Below the pieces are notes generated by a model, which had not been told where the DNA came from, ran no database searches, and saw only the letters and a program-made list of their open reading frames with translations. From Alphaproteobacteria bacterium (GTDB taxonomy: Bacteria > Pseudomonadota > Alphaproteobacteria > Bin95): 64,000 bases of DNA. This document shows positions 20,529 to 30,835 of the stretch, piece after piece. The first letter of the stretch is position 1. Each line of letters begins with the position of its first letter. The position numbers and the translations under genes are program-made. The stretch covers positions 3,904,001 to 3,968,000 of the forward strand of contig CBDBGH010000003.1 in assembly GCA_965205265.1 (NCBI GenBank), given 5' to 3'.

Positions 20529-20843
20529 ATGAGCGCGGAGATGATTGCGATCCTGGCCGTCGGCGTGGCGCTGGCGGGCCTTGTGCTGCGGGGCCAGCAC
20601 GGCCTCGGCAGGCGCGTGGACGAACTCCGCGAAGACTTGGGCGCGCTCCGCGCAGACCTGGACCGGCGGGTGGGCGAACTCCGCGAAGACTTGGGCACGC
20701 TCCGCGGGGACATTGCCGGGCTCGATGCGCGGCTGCGGGGCGTGGAGACCGGCCTTGCCGAGGTGAGGGGCCAGTTGACGATGGTGCGGGACTACATCAC
20801 GGGCCGCAACCTGCGCGAGGCGGAGCCGGGCGCGGAGGAGTGA
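20529..20843 (+). CDS. Small membrane-anchored coiled-coil hypothetical protein
   Basis: N-terminal TM helix followed by a duplicated ELREDLG-LR heptad segment (54-bp internal repeat). Confidence 0.7.
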   Translation: MSAEMIAILAVGVALAGLVLRGQHGLGRRVDELREDLGALRADLDRRVGELREDLGTLRGDIAGLDARLRGVETGLAEVRGQLTMVRDYITGRNLREAEPGAEE

Positions 20844-20894
20844 CCGCCGGCGGCGGGCCTGCCGGATTCGTGCGTCGCCCCGGCCCCCCGGCGC

Positions 20895-21250
20895 AATCGC
20901 TTTTGAAGATTTGCGAGCAGGGCGCATAACCGGCATTCAACCGGGTTTCGAGGGGTCCGGCGGGATCGGGACCCGGATCGACGCCCGGCGGCCCGGCCCT
21001 CTGGCCCCTCATCCTGAGTAGCGACCGCACCAGCGGGCGCGTAGTCCTGAGCCTGCCGAAGGGATGCCCCCCGCGCCGTCCCTCGATACGCGGCTGGCGC
21101 CGCTACTTGGGATGAGGGAATGGAGGACCGCAGACGTCGCGCGCTCCCGAAACCCCGCTCGGCTCCCCCCAATGTCTAAACCGGACAGCAGTGGAACAAG
21201 TCTGGGCATGACGGACGGGGGCGATCGGGGCGGCGGGCGTCGAAGCCGGA
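20895..21250. repeat. Composite intergenic repeat (MITE-like segments plus REP-like palindromes)
   Basis: Reverse-complement matches to 29265-29357 and 53003-53062; MITE end CTAAACCGGACAGCAGTG at 21176-21193 abuts REP half GAACAAGTCTGGGCATGACG. Confidence 0.8.
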
Positions 21251-21320
21251 ATGGGTTCCGATCAACGACCGTTGGTATCATCCATGCGCCGCACTTCCGG
21301 AAGACGGCAGCCGCCAGCCC

Positions 21321-22367
21321 CTATCCGAGAGCGGGCATGACCTCTTCGGCGATGCGGCGCACGCTTGCGGCGGCCTGTTCCTCGGTGAGGCCGTTGCCGG
21401 CATTGGTCTCGACCATGATGCCGTCGATGTCGAGCGTCTCGCGCCAGCGCCCCAGCGTCTCGACGAGCTGGGCGGAGGAGCCGACGGCGACATAATGGGC
21501 CCGGATGTCCTCCCAGGTGAGCGCTGAGAGCCGGGCCGCGGTCGCCGACGCGCCGCCCCTGCCGGTGCCCTTCTTCGCGCCCTGGCTCGCCACCAGCCGC
21601 GCCTGGCGCTCGAAATAGTGGACGAGCGTCGGGCGCGCCTCGGCGATGGCGGCCTCCGGCGTCGCGCCCGCATAGACCGGCACGCGCAGATGCACGGTCG
21701 GCCGGCCCGGATGGCCCGCCTCGGCCCAGGTTTCCCGATAGACGCGGATATTGGCGGCGAGCGGCTCCAGCCCGTCGCCGCGCAACCCGACGAAGAGCGG
21801 CAGGCCGAGCGCGCCGACCTTGGCGAAGGTGGCCGGCGACGTCGCCGCCATATACATGGGCGGGTGGGGCTTCTGGTGGACGGGTGGCATCAGCTGGGAA
21901 TCGCGCACGCGGTAGTAGCGGCCCTCATAGGAGAACCGCCCGCCCGCGAAGACGCCGCGCAGCACCTCCAGCGCCTCGTCGAAGCGCGCCTCGCTCTCTC
22001 CGTAGTCGATGTCGTAGCCGCGATATTGCGCGACGAAGCCGCTGCGTCCGATGCCGAAATCGAAGCGCCCGCCGCTGATCTGGTCCACCGTTGCCACCTC
22101 TTCCGCGATGCGCAGCGGGTGGGCGAGCGGCAGCACATAGACCGCCATGCCGATCCGGACGCGCCTGGTGCGCGCGGCGAGCGCGGCCGCCACCGCGATC
22201 GGCGAGGAGAGCACCGAGCGGTCCGGCATGAAATGGAACTCCGCCAGCCAGACCGAGTGCATGCCGAGGCGCTCGGCGAAGTCCGCCAGTTCGAAGCCCT
22301 CGCGGAAGATGTCGTCCGGCGCCCGCCCGTTGCGGACCCCGAATTCGAGGAACAGCCCGAATTCCAC
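21321..22367 (-). CDS. LLM-class (luciferase-like) flavin-dependent oxidoreductase
   Basis: VWLAEFHF, HPLRIAEEVATVDQISGGRFDFGIGR. Confidence 0.92.
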   Translation of the reverse strand: MEFGLFLEFGVRNGRAPDDIFREGFELADFAERLGMHSVWLAEFHFMPDRSVLSSPIAVAAALAARTRRVRIGMAVYVLPLAHPLRIAEEVATVDQISGGRFDFGIGRSGFVAQYRGYDIDYGESEARFDEALEVLRGVFAGGRFSYEGRYYRVRDSQLMPPVHQKPHPPMYMAATSPATFAKVGALGLPLFVGLRGDGLEPLAANIRVYRETWAEAGHPGRPTVHLRVPVYAGATPEAAIAEARPTLVHYFERQARLVASQGAKKGTGRGGASATAARLSALTWEDIRAHYVAVGSSAQLVETLGRWRETLDIDGIMVETNAGNGLTEEQAAASVRRIAEEVMPALG

Positions 22368-22373
22368 GGCCCC

Positions 22374-23504
22374 TCAGCCCCCGAGGAACGCGGCGCTGCG
22401 GACGCGCAGCACGGCCTCGGCGTCCGTGACCAGCTCCGCCATGATGTCCGCGGCCGGGCGCACGGCGCGGACCATGCCGATGCCCTGGCCAGCGAAGCCG
22501 GGGTTGACATCGGCGCGGCCGGCGAGATTGGCCGCGACCATGACCGGGCGCGAGATATAGCCCTGATACGGCATGGGCAGCGGCTCGCGCTCCGGGTCGT
22601 TCGCCCAGAGCTCGGTCCATTTGGAGCGGATGATGCGCGCGGGCTTGCCGGTGACGGAGCGGGAGACCGTGGTGCCCTCGTCGGTCGCATCGACGATCGC
22701 CTGCTTCTGGCCGGGCTCGATGCCGGATTCGGCGGAAGCGAGGAAGGCCGAGCCCACCCAGGCGCCATCGGCGCCCAGCATCATCGCCGCCGCCACGCCG
22801 CGCCCGTCCGTGATGCCGCCCGCGCCCAGCACCGGCACCTTGCCCTCCACCGCGTCCACCACCTGCGGGATCAGCGCCATCGTGCCGATGGGTGAGTTGT
22901 GCCCGCCGCCGTCATGGCCCTGGGCCACCAGCGCGTCGAGACCGACGGGAAGAAGCTGCTTCGCATGGCGCACCGTGCCGATCACGGCCAGCACCTTCGT
23001 GCCCTTCTCGCGCAGCCGGTCGAGCCAGGCGGCCGGGCTGCCGAGCCCGGAGGCATAGACCGGCACGGCCTCCTCGATCACCACCTCCATCTGCGCCTCG
23101 AAAAATTCCTTCGAGAAGAGCGCCGGCCCGTCCTGCTGCGGCCAGACGGCCTCCTCGGGCGCTTCGGGAATGCCCTCTTGCGTGAGGAAGGCCTGCGCGC
23201 GTTCGCGGTATTCCGGCACGAGGTCGCGCGGCTGCGGGCCGTTGGCGGGCCAGCCTTTGTTCGCGCCCCGGCGCACCGAGGCCGGCAGCAGCGTATCGAC
23301 GCCGAAGGGCTTGTCGGTCAGCTCCCGGCAGCGGGCGATCCATTCCCGCAACTGGCGGGGCCCGAGCCCGGCCGCGCCCATAATGCCGAGCCCGCCTGCA
23401 TTGGAGACGGCGGCGGCAAGCTCCGGCGTGCTCGCCCCGCCCATGCCCGCCAGCAGGATCGGGTGTTCGATGCCGAACAGTTCGCAGATCGGCGATTTCA
23501 GCAT
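22374..23504 (-). CDS. Nitronate monooxygenase / FabK-like flavoprotein
   Basis: PILLAGMGG, AAVSNAGGLG, QGHDGGGH, AGGITDGRG. Confidence 0.9.
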   Translation of the reverse strand: MLKSPICELFGIEHPILLAGMGGASTPELAAAVSNAGGLGIMGAAGLGPRQLREWIARCRELTDKPFGVDTLLPASVRRGANKGWPANGPQPRDLVPEYRERAQAFLTQEGIPEAPEEAVWPQQDGPALFSKEFFEAQMEVVIEEAVPVYASGLGSPAAWLDRLREKGTKVLAVIGTVRHAKQLLPVGLDALVAQGHDGGGHNSPIGTMALIPQVVDAVEGKVPVLGAGGITDGRGVAAAMMLGADGAWVGSAFLASAESGIEPGQKQAIVDATDEGTTVSRSVTGKPARIIRSKWTELWANDPEREPLPMPYQGYISRPVMVAANLAGRADVNPGFAGQGIGMVRAVRPAADIMAELVTDAEAVLRVRSAAFLGG

Positions 23505-25180
23505 GCGGCCATGCCCCCCCGGGGTTGGATACGTTCCTGCGCGTCGGCGCGCCGCTCGATACGTTCCTGCGCGTCGGCGCGCCGCTCGATACGTTCCTGC
23601 GCGTCGGCGCGCAGTTCGACCTTTCGGATCTTGCCCGATGCGGTCATCGGGAATTCGTCGATGAAGAAGACATGCGCCGGAATCTTGAAGCTCGCAACCT
23701 TGCCCCGGCACCAGGCGGTCACGGCCCCGGCGTCGAGGAGGCTCCCCGGCTCCCGCTCCACATAGGCGGCGGCGACTTCCGCCAGCCGTTCGTCCGGCGC
23801 GCCGACCACGGCGGCCTGGCGGATTTCCGGATGGTCGAGCAGCAGGCCTTCGACCTCCATCGGATCGACATTCTCGCCGCCCACCTTGAGCATGTCCTTG
23901 TAGCGCCCGAGGAAGCGCATATAGCCGTCCTCGCGCCACACGGCCATGTCGCCGGTGCGGAACCAGCCGTCCTCCGCGTAGCTCTCGGCGGTCTCCGCGG
24001 GCTTCTTGTAGTAGCCGAGCATCAGGCTGAAGCCGCGCACCTGCAGCTCGCCCTCGACACCGGGCGGGCAGGGGGCGCCGGTTTCGGGATCGACGATGCG
24101 CGACTCGTAGCCGGGCGCGGGATAGCCGGAGGTCTCGGTGCGGTGCTCCAGACCGTCATCGACGGAGCCGACCGTGACGCCGAGCCAGACCTCCGTCATG
24201 CCGAAGCCGGAGACCGCGCGGAACGGCTTCAAGGTCTCGGCCCCGCGCCGGCAGACGGGCGTCGCGCTCTTCATGCCGGCGGCGAAGAGCCCGGTGCGCA
24301 AGCTGGAGAGGTCGCGCGGGCGGGCCTCCTGGGCCTCGCAGAGCCCCTTCATATGCGCCTCGAAGCCGTGCATCACGCTCACGCCCTCGGCCTCGACCAG
24401 GTCCAGGCATTCGTCGGGGTCGAAGGCCGCGGTCAGGATCTGGCGCGCGCCGAAGAGCGGCGACATCAGCGCGCCCTCGGAATAGCCGAAGGCGTGGAAC
24501 AGCGGCAGGTAGTTCAGGATGGTGTCGCGGACGGTCAGGCCCAGCTTGAAGCCGCGCTCCTCATTGTTGCGCACGAGCTTGTGGCTGTGCATCGCGCCCT
24601 TGGGGAAGCCGGTCGTGCCGGAGGTGTACATGATGAAGGCCACGTCATCGGGCGCGACCGCGGCCGCGCGGGCGCCGAGCTCCGCCTCCGGCACGGCGCG
24701 GCCTGCCTCCAGCGCCGCCCGCCAGCCGGCGAAGCCTTCCGGCGCCTCGTCCTCCGAGACCAGCACGATCCCGCGCAGTTCGGGGAAGTCCGCCCGGTCG
24801 AGTTCGCGGAGCATGGCGAGGTAGTCCACCGGCCCCGACACGTCGTGCGCGACCAGCATCGCGCTGTCGGACTGCTTCAGCACATAGGCCAGGTCGCGGG
24901 TGCGGAAGCGGGTGTTCACCGGCACGGTGACCGCGCCGATCTTGGCCAGCGCGAAATGGACGAAAACCCATTCGTCGCAATTGGTGAGCCAGAGCGCGAC
25001 ATGCTCGCCGGGGCCGACGCCGAGGCCGATCAGCGCGCGCGCCGCTTCGTCCACCTTCGCCGCGGCTTGCGCGAAGGTGTAGCGCCGGTCCCGATAGACC
25101 AGCGCCTCGCGGTCCGGCCAGCGCGCCGCCGCCTCGTCATAGAGGTCGCCGAAGCGGCGTTTCGGATACCAGTGCTCCAT
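23498..25180 (-). CDS. Acyl-CoA synthetase (AMP-binding protein)
   Basis: [36 protein letters not shown]. Confidence 0.92.
   Translation of the reverse strand: MEHWYPKRRFGDLYDEAAARWPDREALVYRDRRYTFAQAAAKVDEAARALIGLGVGPGEHVALWLTNCDEWVFVHFALAKIGAVTVPVNTRFRTRDLAYVLKQSDSAMLVAHDVSGPVDYLAMLRELDRADFPELRGIVLVSEDEAPEGFAGWRAALEAGRAVPEAELGARAAAVAPDDVAFIMYTSGTTGFPKGAMHSHKLVRNNEERGFKLGLTVRDTILNYLPLFHAFGYSEGALMSPLFGARQILTAAFDPDECLDLVEAEGVSVMHGFEAHMKGLCEAQEARPRDLSSLRTGLFAAGMKSATPVCRRGAETLKPFRAVSGFGMTEVWLGVTVGSVDDGLEHRTETSGYPAPGYESRIVDPETGAPCPPGVEGELQVRGFSLMLGYYKKPAETAESYAEDGWFRTGDMAVWREDGYMRFLGRYKDMLKVGGENVDPMEVEGLLLDHPEIRQAAVVGAPDERLAEVAAAYVEREPGSLLDAGAVTAWCRGKVASFKIPAHVFFIDEFPMTASGKIRKVELRADAQERIERRADAQERIERRADAQERIQPRGGMAAC
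23528..23612. repeat. 30-bp tandem repeat (about 2.8 copies) in the 3' end of the acyl-CoA synthetase
   Basis: GATACGTTCCTGCGCGTCGGCGCGCCGCTC at 23528, 23558 and partial at 23588. Confidence 0.95.
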
Positions 25181-25194
25181 GCCCCGCTCCTTCC

Positions 25195-27150
25195 TTACGC
25201 CTGCAGCTCCGGCAGGCCCCGGAAATGCTCCAGCGCGTCGGGGTTCTCCAGCGCCTCGACATTGGCGACCGGGCGCCCGTGGACCACGTCGCGCACCGCA
25301 AGCTCGACGATCTTGCCCGACCGCGTGCGCGGAATGTCGGCCACCTGCGCAATGACGGCCGGGGCATGGCGCGGCGAGGCATGCTCGCGGATGCGCCGGC
25401 GGATGCGGTCCCGGAGCGCGTCGTCGAGCATGGCGCCGCCGGCGAGGCGCACGAACAGCACGATGCGCGTGTCGCCGTCCCATTCCTGGCCGATCGCCAG
25501 CGCCTCCTCCACTTCGTCCATCGACTCGGCCTCGCGGTAGATCTCCGCCGTGCCGATGCGCACGCCGCCCGGATTGAGCGTCGCGTCCGAGCGCCCGTAG
25601 ATCGTCATGCCGCCCGTCTTCGACGAGATGGAGGCGAAGTCGCCCTGGCGCCAGACATTGTCCCAGCGGGCGAAATAGGCCTCGCGGTAGCGCGCGCCGT
25701 CCGGGTCGTTCCAGAACCCGACCGGCATGGAGGGGAAGGGCCGCGCGCAGACCAGCTCGCCCTTCTCGTCCAGCACGTCCCGGCCCCCGCCGTCGAACAC
25801 GCGCACGTCCATGCCGAGCTGCGGGGCCTGGATTTCGCCGCGATGGACCGCGCCCAGCGGGTTGGCGCCGACGAAGCAGCCGAGCAGGTCCGTCCCGCCC
25901 GACATGGAGCCGACGGCCATGTCCGCCTTCGCCCTGCCGTAGAGCCAGTCGAAGCTCTCCGGCGCGAGCGGCGAGCCCGTGGTGAGCACGCTGCGCAGCG
26001 CATCCAGCCGCCGCCCGGCCGCCGGCTCCACGCCCGCCTTGCGGACCGCGTCCACATATTTGGCCGAAAGGCCGAGATGGGTGATGCCCTCCGCCTCGGC
26101 GAAGTCCCAGAGCGCCTCCGGGCCGGGGTGGAAAGGCGATCCGTCATAAAGCATCAGCGCCGCCCCGAAGGCGAGGCCGCCGAGCAGCCAGTTCCACATC
26201 ATCCAGCCGAGCGTGGTGAAGTAGAACACCCGGTCGCCCTCGCGGACATCCGCGTGCAGGCGGTGCTCCTTCAGGTTCATCAGCAGCGCGCCGCCCGTGC
26301 CGTGGACGATGCATTTCGGTTTCCCCGTCGTGCCCGACGAGTAGAGGATGAAGAGCGGGCGGTCGAAGGGCCCGCGGTTCCAGGCGATCGGGCCGGGCGC
26401 GAAACCGCCCGCGAAATCCTCCAGCGACACCGCCTTCGGCACGGCGGCGAGGTCCGGCTCGTCCGCCAGGTAGGGGATGACCGCGACGGTCTCGACCGTG
26501 GGCAGGCCGGATGCCACCTCGGCGAGCTTCGCGCGGATGTCGTGGTCGCGGCCCGCATATTTGTAGCCGTCCACGGCGAACAGGATGCGCGGCTCGATCT
26601 GGCCGAAGCGGTCGAGCACGCCGGCCGCGCCGAAATCCGGCGAGCAGGAGGAGAACACCGCGCCGAGCGCCGCCGTCGCCGCCATGACGGCCACCGATTC
26701 CGGCATGTTCGGCAGCAAGGCCGCCACCCGGTCGCCCTCCCGCACGCCCGCCGCCGCCAGCGCCTGCAAGATGCGGGAGGCCTCCTCGTGCAGCCAGTCG
26801 CGCGACCGGACGCGCCGGAGCCCGTCCTCGCGCCGGAAGACGATTGCCGGCGCCTCGCCCCGGAGCCGCAGCAGGTTTTCCGCATAGTTGAGCCGGGCGC
26901 GCGGGAAGAAGCGCGCGCCCGGCATGAGATGCCCGTCCTCCAGATAGGGCGCCGCGCCCTTCCCGCCGACAATGCCGGCGTCGTCCCAGACGAGGTTCCA
27001 GAAGGCTTCCGGCTCTTCGACCGACCAGCGGTGCAGGGCGGCGTAGCCGTTTGCGCCTGCGCCCTTTTCCGCATTGGCGCGCGCCATGAAGGCCGCAAGG
27101 TTGCTCGCTGCCTTGCGCGCGGCGGAAGGTTCCCAGAGGAGTTCGGACAT
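25195..27150 (-). CDS. Acetoacetate--CoA ligase
   Basis: [53 protein letters not shown]. Confidence 0.93.
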   Translation of the reverse strand: MSELLWEPSAARKAASNLAAFMARANAEKGAGANGYAALHRWSVEEPEAFWNLVWDDAGIVGGKGAAPYLEDGHLMPGARFFPRARLNYAENLLRLRGEAPAIVFRREDGLRRVRSRDWLHEEASRILQALAAAGVREGDRVAALLPNMPESVAVMAATAALGAVFSSCSPDFGAAGVLDRFGQIEPRILFAVDGYKYAGRDHDIRAKLAEVASGLPTVETVAVIPYLADEPDLAAVPKAVSLEDFAGGFAPGPIAWNRGPFDRPLFILYSSGTTGKPKCIVHGTGGALLMNLKEHRLHADVREGDRVFYFTTLGWMMWNWLLGGLAFGAALMLYDGSPFHPGPEALWDFAEAEGITHLGLSAKYVDAVRKAGVEPAAGRRLDALRSVLTTGSPLAPESFDWLYGRAKADMAVGSMSGGTDLLGCFVGANPLGAVHRGEIQAPQLGMDVRVFDGGGRDVLDEKGELVCARPFPSMPVGFWNDPDGARYREAYFARWDNVWRQGDFASISSKTGGMTIYGRSDATLNPGGVRIGTAEIYREAESMDEVEEALAIGQEWDGDTRIVLFVRLAGGAMLDDALRDRIRRRIREHASPRHAPAVIAQVADIPRTRSGKIVELAVRDVVHGRPVANVEALENPDALEHFRGLPELQA

Positions 27151-27289
27151 GCCTCTCGACCCGGTGACGGGACGGGGACCGGTGCGAACGATAGCCGCTT
27201 GCCCGCGCCCGCGAAACCTCGGCCGTGCGGCTTCTGGCGGCAGTCGGCGCGGCTTGACCCTGCCTCGCGGCGGCGGCACTTTGCCGGGC

Positions 27290-27682
27290 ATGGCGCGCGC
27301 GCTCGGACCCGCCCTCCGCAACGGCCTTCGCCGCCGCTGCCCGGCCTGCGGCCGGGGGCCGCTGTTCGCGGGCTATCTGCGCCCCGTCCGGTCCTGCGGC
27401 GGCTGCGGCGAGGCGCTCGGCCATATCCGCGCCGACGACTTCCCGCCCTATATCGCCATTCTGGCGGTGGGCCATATCGTCGTGCCGCTCCTGCTGTTCG
27501 CCGAGCAGAGCTGGGCGCCGCCGCTCTGGCTGCAGGCGCTGGTCTGGCCCGCTCTGGCGCTGGCGCTCGTCGCGGTGCTGCTGCCGGTGGCGAAGGGCGG
27601 CGTGCTCGCGGCGATGTGGGCGCTCGGCCTCACCGGCGGGGAACGGCAGGAAGAGCCGGGCGCCGGGGGGCGGGGCCCGTGA
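27290..27682 (+). CDS. DUF983 family membrane protein
   Basis: [11 protein letters not shown]...C..CGE...RADDFPPY plus two TM helices. Confidence 0.85.
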   Translation: MARALGPALRNGLRRRCPACGRGPLFAGYLRPVRSCGGCGEALGHIRADDFPPYIAILAVGHIVVPLLLFAEQSWAPPLWLQALVWPALALALVAVLLPVAKGGVLAAMWALGLTGGERQEEPGAGGRGP

Positions 27683-28119
27683 CCTTCTGGCGCGAGAAGC
27701 GGCTGGAAGAGATGACGCCGGAGGAGTGGGAGTCGCTCTGCGACGGCTGCGGCAAATGCTGCCTGATCAAGATCGAATGGGCGGACACCGGGGAAATCGA
27801 GCCGACCTGCGTCGCCTGCCGGCTGCTGGATTCCGAAAGCTGCCGCTGCACGGACTACGCCAACCGCAAGGCCCGCGTGCCGGACTGCATCCAGCTCTCC
27901 CCGGGCAATATCGCCGAAATCCCCTGGATGCCGTCGAGCTGCGCCTACCGCCTGCTGCATGAGGGCAAGGACCTCTACTGGTGGCATCCGCTGGTCTCGG
28001 GCGACCCGGAAACGGTGCATCTCGCCCAGATGTCGGTGCGCGGCAAGGTAGTATCCGAGGACGAGGCCGGGACCGGGCAGGAAGACCTGGAGCGCCACAT
28101 TGTCGACTGGGCGCTATAG
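27679..28119 (+). CDS. YcgN (UPF0260) cysteine-cluster protein
   Basis: [43 protein letters not shown]. Confidence 0.92.
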   Translation: MTFWREKRLEEMTPEEWESLCDGCGKCCLIKIEWADTGEIEPTCVACRLLDSESCRCTDYANRKARVPDCIQLSPGNIAEIPWMPSSCAYRLLHEGKDLYWWHPLVSGDPETVHLAQMSVRGKVVSEDEAGTGQEDLERHIVDWAL

Positions 28120-28849
28120 GGAGGTCCGGCTCGGCGGGCGCGACCTGCGTGTCGCCATCCGGCGCAACCGGCGCGCGCGGCATATCTCGCTCCGGGTCCA
28201 GGGCGGCGAGGTGCGGCTGACGCTGCCGCCCGGCGCGAGCGAGGCGGCGGGCCTCGCATTCCTGAAGAGCCGCGGCGAGTGGGTCGAGGACCGGCTGCGG
28301 GACGCGCCGGCCCCGGTGCCGTTCCGGCCCGGCGCGGCCGTCCCGTTCCGCGGCCGGCCGCGCCCGATCTGCGTCGTTCCGGGCCTCCGCGACCCGTTGC
28401 GCCTCGAAGAGGACCGCATCCTGCTCGCAACCGCCGCCGGCTGCGAACGGCTGGTGGAGGGCTGGCTCCGGCGCGAGGCGCGGCGGGCCTTCGAGGAGGC
28501 CGCGGCCCGCCATGCCGCCGCGCTCGGCGTCGAACCCCGCGGCATCTCGATACGGGACCAGAAGACCCGCTGGGGCAGCGCCAGCGCCGCCGGGCGGCTG
28601 AATTTCAACTGGCGCGCGGTCATGGCCCCGCCCTTCGTGCTCGACTATCTGGCCGCGCATGAGGTGGCGCATCTTCGCGAAATGAACCACGGGCCCCGCT
28701 TCTGGAGCCTCTGCCGCCGCCTCTGCCCGGAAACAGACGCTGCCGAACGCTGGCTGAAGACCGAAGGCCCGGGGCTGCACCGCTACGGACGGGAACAGGG
28801 GCGCGCCGCCCAGCCGGGCCAGCCTTCCGGCTATTCTGGAAGCACGTAA
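28100..28849 (+). CDS. M48/YgjP-like (DUF45) zinc metalloprotein
   Basis: [26 protein letters not shown]. Confidence 0.9.
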   Translation: MSTGRYREVRLGGRDLRVAIRRNRRARHISLRVQGGEVRLTLPPGASEAAGLAFLKSRGEWVEDRLRDAPAPVPFRPGAAVPFRGRPRPICVVPGLRDPLRLEEDRILLATAAGCERLVEGWLRREARRAFEEAAARHAAALGVEPRGISIRDQKTRWGSASAAGRLNFNWRAVMAPPFVLDYLAAHEVAHLREMNHGPRFWSLCRRLCPETDAAERWLKTEGPGLHRYGREQGRAAQPGQPSGYSGST

Positions 28850-28909
28850 TTTTGGGGCTTATATGGACAGGTTGACAACAGGTTTGCGAGGCTTCGCGCC
28901 TTCTCTCCA

Positions 28910-29425
28910 ACGTCATACCCGCCTTCATATCGTCATGGCCGGACTTGTTCCGGCCATCCACGCGGTCTCCCGGCGACCGGCGCGTCTTGCCGATAGAGAT
29001 GCCCGGAACAAGTCCATTGCTGTCCGGTTCAGCCATTGGGTGAGGCTGAACAGGAGTCCGCCGGGGGTTTCGGGGGCGCGCGGCGTCTGCGATCCGCCCC
29101 TTGCCCGTGAGGCTCGAACGCCCCCCTTCGGCAGGCTCAGGGCAGGCTCTTTCGTCATGCCCGGACTTGTTCCGGGTATCCATACGGCCGCCCGGCTGAG
29201 CCGCTTGAGAGAGATACCCGGAACAAGTCCGGGTATGACGATATGGGGCGCGTATGACGATGTGAGGGCCGGGCCGCCGGGCGTCGATCCGGGTCCCGAT
29301 CCCGCCGAACCCCTCGAAACCCGGTTGAATCCAAGCCATGCGCCCTGCCCGCAAATCCTGAACCGGACAGCAATGGAACAAGTCCGGGCATGACGAGAAG
29401 AAGACATAAGTCCGAAGTCGAGGCT
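28910..29425. repeat. Cluster of REP-like palindromes (GTCATGCCCGGACTTGTTCCGGGCAT family)
   Basis: Inverted copies near 28931, 28998, 29153, 29213 and 29376; the same unit recurs near 31447, 33476, 49431 and 52868. Confidence 0.88.
29015..29375. mobile_element. 361-bp MITE with 18-bp perfect terminal inverted repeats
   Basis: CATTGCTGTCCGGTTCAG ... CTGAACCGGACAGCAATG flanked by direct repeat GAACAAGTC (29006-29014, 29376-29384). Confidence 0.8.
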
Positions 29426-29475
29426 GTTGGCATGAGAACTCGTCTCGTTCTCAATTCCGGTTACGTGCGAAAGAT

Positions 29476-29494
29476 AATGCGAAACATTCGCATA
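29476..29494. promoter_or_regulatory. Putative Fur-family (alpha-type) box upstream of bfr
   Basis: AATGCGAAACATTCGCATA palindrome (TGCGAA-N3-TTCGCA); a similar box lies upstream of bfd. Confidence 0.6.
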
Positions 29495-29558
29495 TATTCT
29501 GCGAATGAAATTGAAAACACCTCGCAAATAATGTTTGTAACTTGTTAAGTTACAGGTC

Positions 29559-29588
29559 TTGACGTTGCGATGTTCCAGCCTATATAAT
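29559..29588 (+). promoter_or_regulatory. Sigma70-type promoter of bfr
   Basis: TTGACG-N18-TATAAT about 50 bp upstream of the ATG. Confidence 0.6.
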
Positions 29589-29637
29589 CTTTCAGCATTC
29601 CCATGCTAGGAAATCATTTCAGCGGCAGGAGAGAGGC

Positions 29638-30120
29638 ATGAAGGGCGACAAGAAGGTCATCGCAATACTCAACGATGTGCTAAAGAACGAGCTGACGGCG
29701 ATCAACCAGTATTTCCTGCATTCCCGCATGCTGAAGAACTGGGGAATCTCGAGGCTTGCAAAACACGAATACGAGGAATCGGTCGATGAGATGCGCCACG
29801 CCGACGAGCTCGTCGAACGCATCCTGTTCCTCGAGGGCCTGCCCAACCTCCAGGACATCGGCAGGCTGCGCATCGGCGAGACGGTGCAGGAAATCCTCGA
29901 CGCCGACCTCGCGCTGGAGCATGAGGCGATTCCCGCGCTGCGCGAAGGCATCGCCCATTGCGAAGCGGTCTCCGACTATGTGACCCGTCACCTGCTGCGC
30001 GAAATCCTCGAAAGCGAGGAGGAGCATGTGGACTGGCTGGAGACCCAGGGGGAACTCATCTCCCGCATGGGCATGCAGAACTACATCCAGCTTCAGAGCA
30101 AACCGGCCGACGACGACTGA
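29638..30120 (+). CDS. bfr: Bacterioferritin
   Basis: MKGDKKVI...[45 protein letters not shown]. Confidence 0.97.
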   Translation: MKGDKKVIAILNDVLKNELTAINQYFLHSRMLKNWGISRLAKHEYEESVDEMRHADELVERILFLEGLPNLQDIGRLRIGETVQEILDADLALEHEAIPALREGIAHCEAVSDYVTRHLLREILESEEEHVDWLETQGELISRMGMQNYIQLQSKPADDD

Positions 30121-30144
30121 GGGAGGGCTCCGGCGGCCGGCGCC

Positions 30145-30363
30145 TCAACCGGCGCGCACGCCGGACGGCTCCACGGCGGAAACCGCATGGGCGGCGGGCG
30201 CGCCGTGCTCCCGGTCGATCAGGTCCTGGGCAACCGGCAGGCAGCGGCCGCATCGGGGGCCGCTGCCAAGCGCGGCATAGGCCTTGTGCACGCAACGCAG
30301 GCCCGATCGCGCCGCCTCGCGGATCTCGGCATCGCGATAGGCGTTGCAGACGCAGACATACAT
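30145..30363 (-). CDS. bfd: Bacterioferritin-associated [2Fe-2S] ferredoxin
   Basis: MYVCVCNA...PRCGRC (CxC...CxxC). Confidence 0.88.
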   Translation of the reverse strand: MYVCVCNAYRDAEIREAARSGLRCVHKAYAALGSGPRCGRCLPVAQDLIDREHGAPAAHAVSAVEPSGVRAG

Positions 30364-30406
30364 GCCGCCGCCTCCGGATGAACCCATGGACTCTGGCCAG
30401 TCTGCA

Positions 30407-30425
30407 AATGCAAGTCAATCGCAAA
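30407..30425. promoter_or_regulatory. Putative Fur-family box upstream of bfd
   Basis: AATGCAAGTCAATCGCAAA resembles the TGC-A-N5-T-CGCA box, about 45 bp from the bfd start. Confidence 0.55.
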
Positions 30426-30544
30426 TTTGACAGGCGCCGCTTGCGGGACCATCGCATTCGTGCATGAGGCGCAATCCGGCATGAATCCGGCGGCCGGTCG
30501 ATGCGAACATTTATTGTTCCAAATAATCGAGTAATATTTCTCTA

Positions 30545-30790
30545 TAAGACTTGCGTTTTCAGAAAGTGTGCTATTATGGGTTCGAGGGAAGCGGCATCCA
30601 TGGACCGCGTCCCGCCCGCGCCGGCCCGGTGCGGACCGACCCCGATTCAGCCGACAGGCGAAGTGCGCCCTGTGCCCGCCTCGCGCACGCGCAATCAGGC
30701 GCGCGAACCGCGCCGCCGCGAAACGCCCGCCCGCCCGCGCACAGGCGCCCGCGCAGGATGACGCGCGAATAAGGGTCGCTCCCCGCCGGG
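30545..30790 (+). repeat. Conserved promoter plus leader, copy A (copy B at about 50270-50508, minus strand)
   Basis: Shared blocks AGACTTG..GTGTG.TAT.ATGG..AGGGAAGCGG and GCCTCGCGC.CGCGCAATCAGGCGCGCGAACCGCGCCGC.GCG.AACGCCCGCCCGC..GCACAGGCGCCCGCGC. Confidence 0.85.
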
Positions 30791-30835
30791 CCGGTGTGCC
30801 GGATGAACGCGAACCGGAACGAAGGAGCCGCACCC

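Noticed and set aside
23528-23612. Possible CRISPR array
   Set aside because: Repeats are head-to-tail with no spacers, lie inside a CDS, and no cas genes are present.
28910-29425. REP clusters as CRISPR repeats
   Set aside because: Copies alternate in orientation with irregular spacing and are dispersed across the window, which is typical of REP/MITE mosaics.
30506-30520. LexA box upstream of cassette A (GAAC-N7-GTTC)
   Set aside because: It is inverted rather than the alphaproteobacterial GTTC-N7-GTTC direct repeat, and is not clearly conserved in copy B.
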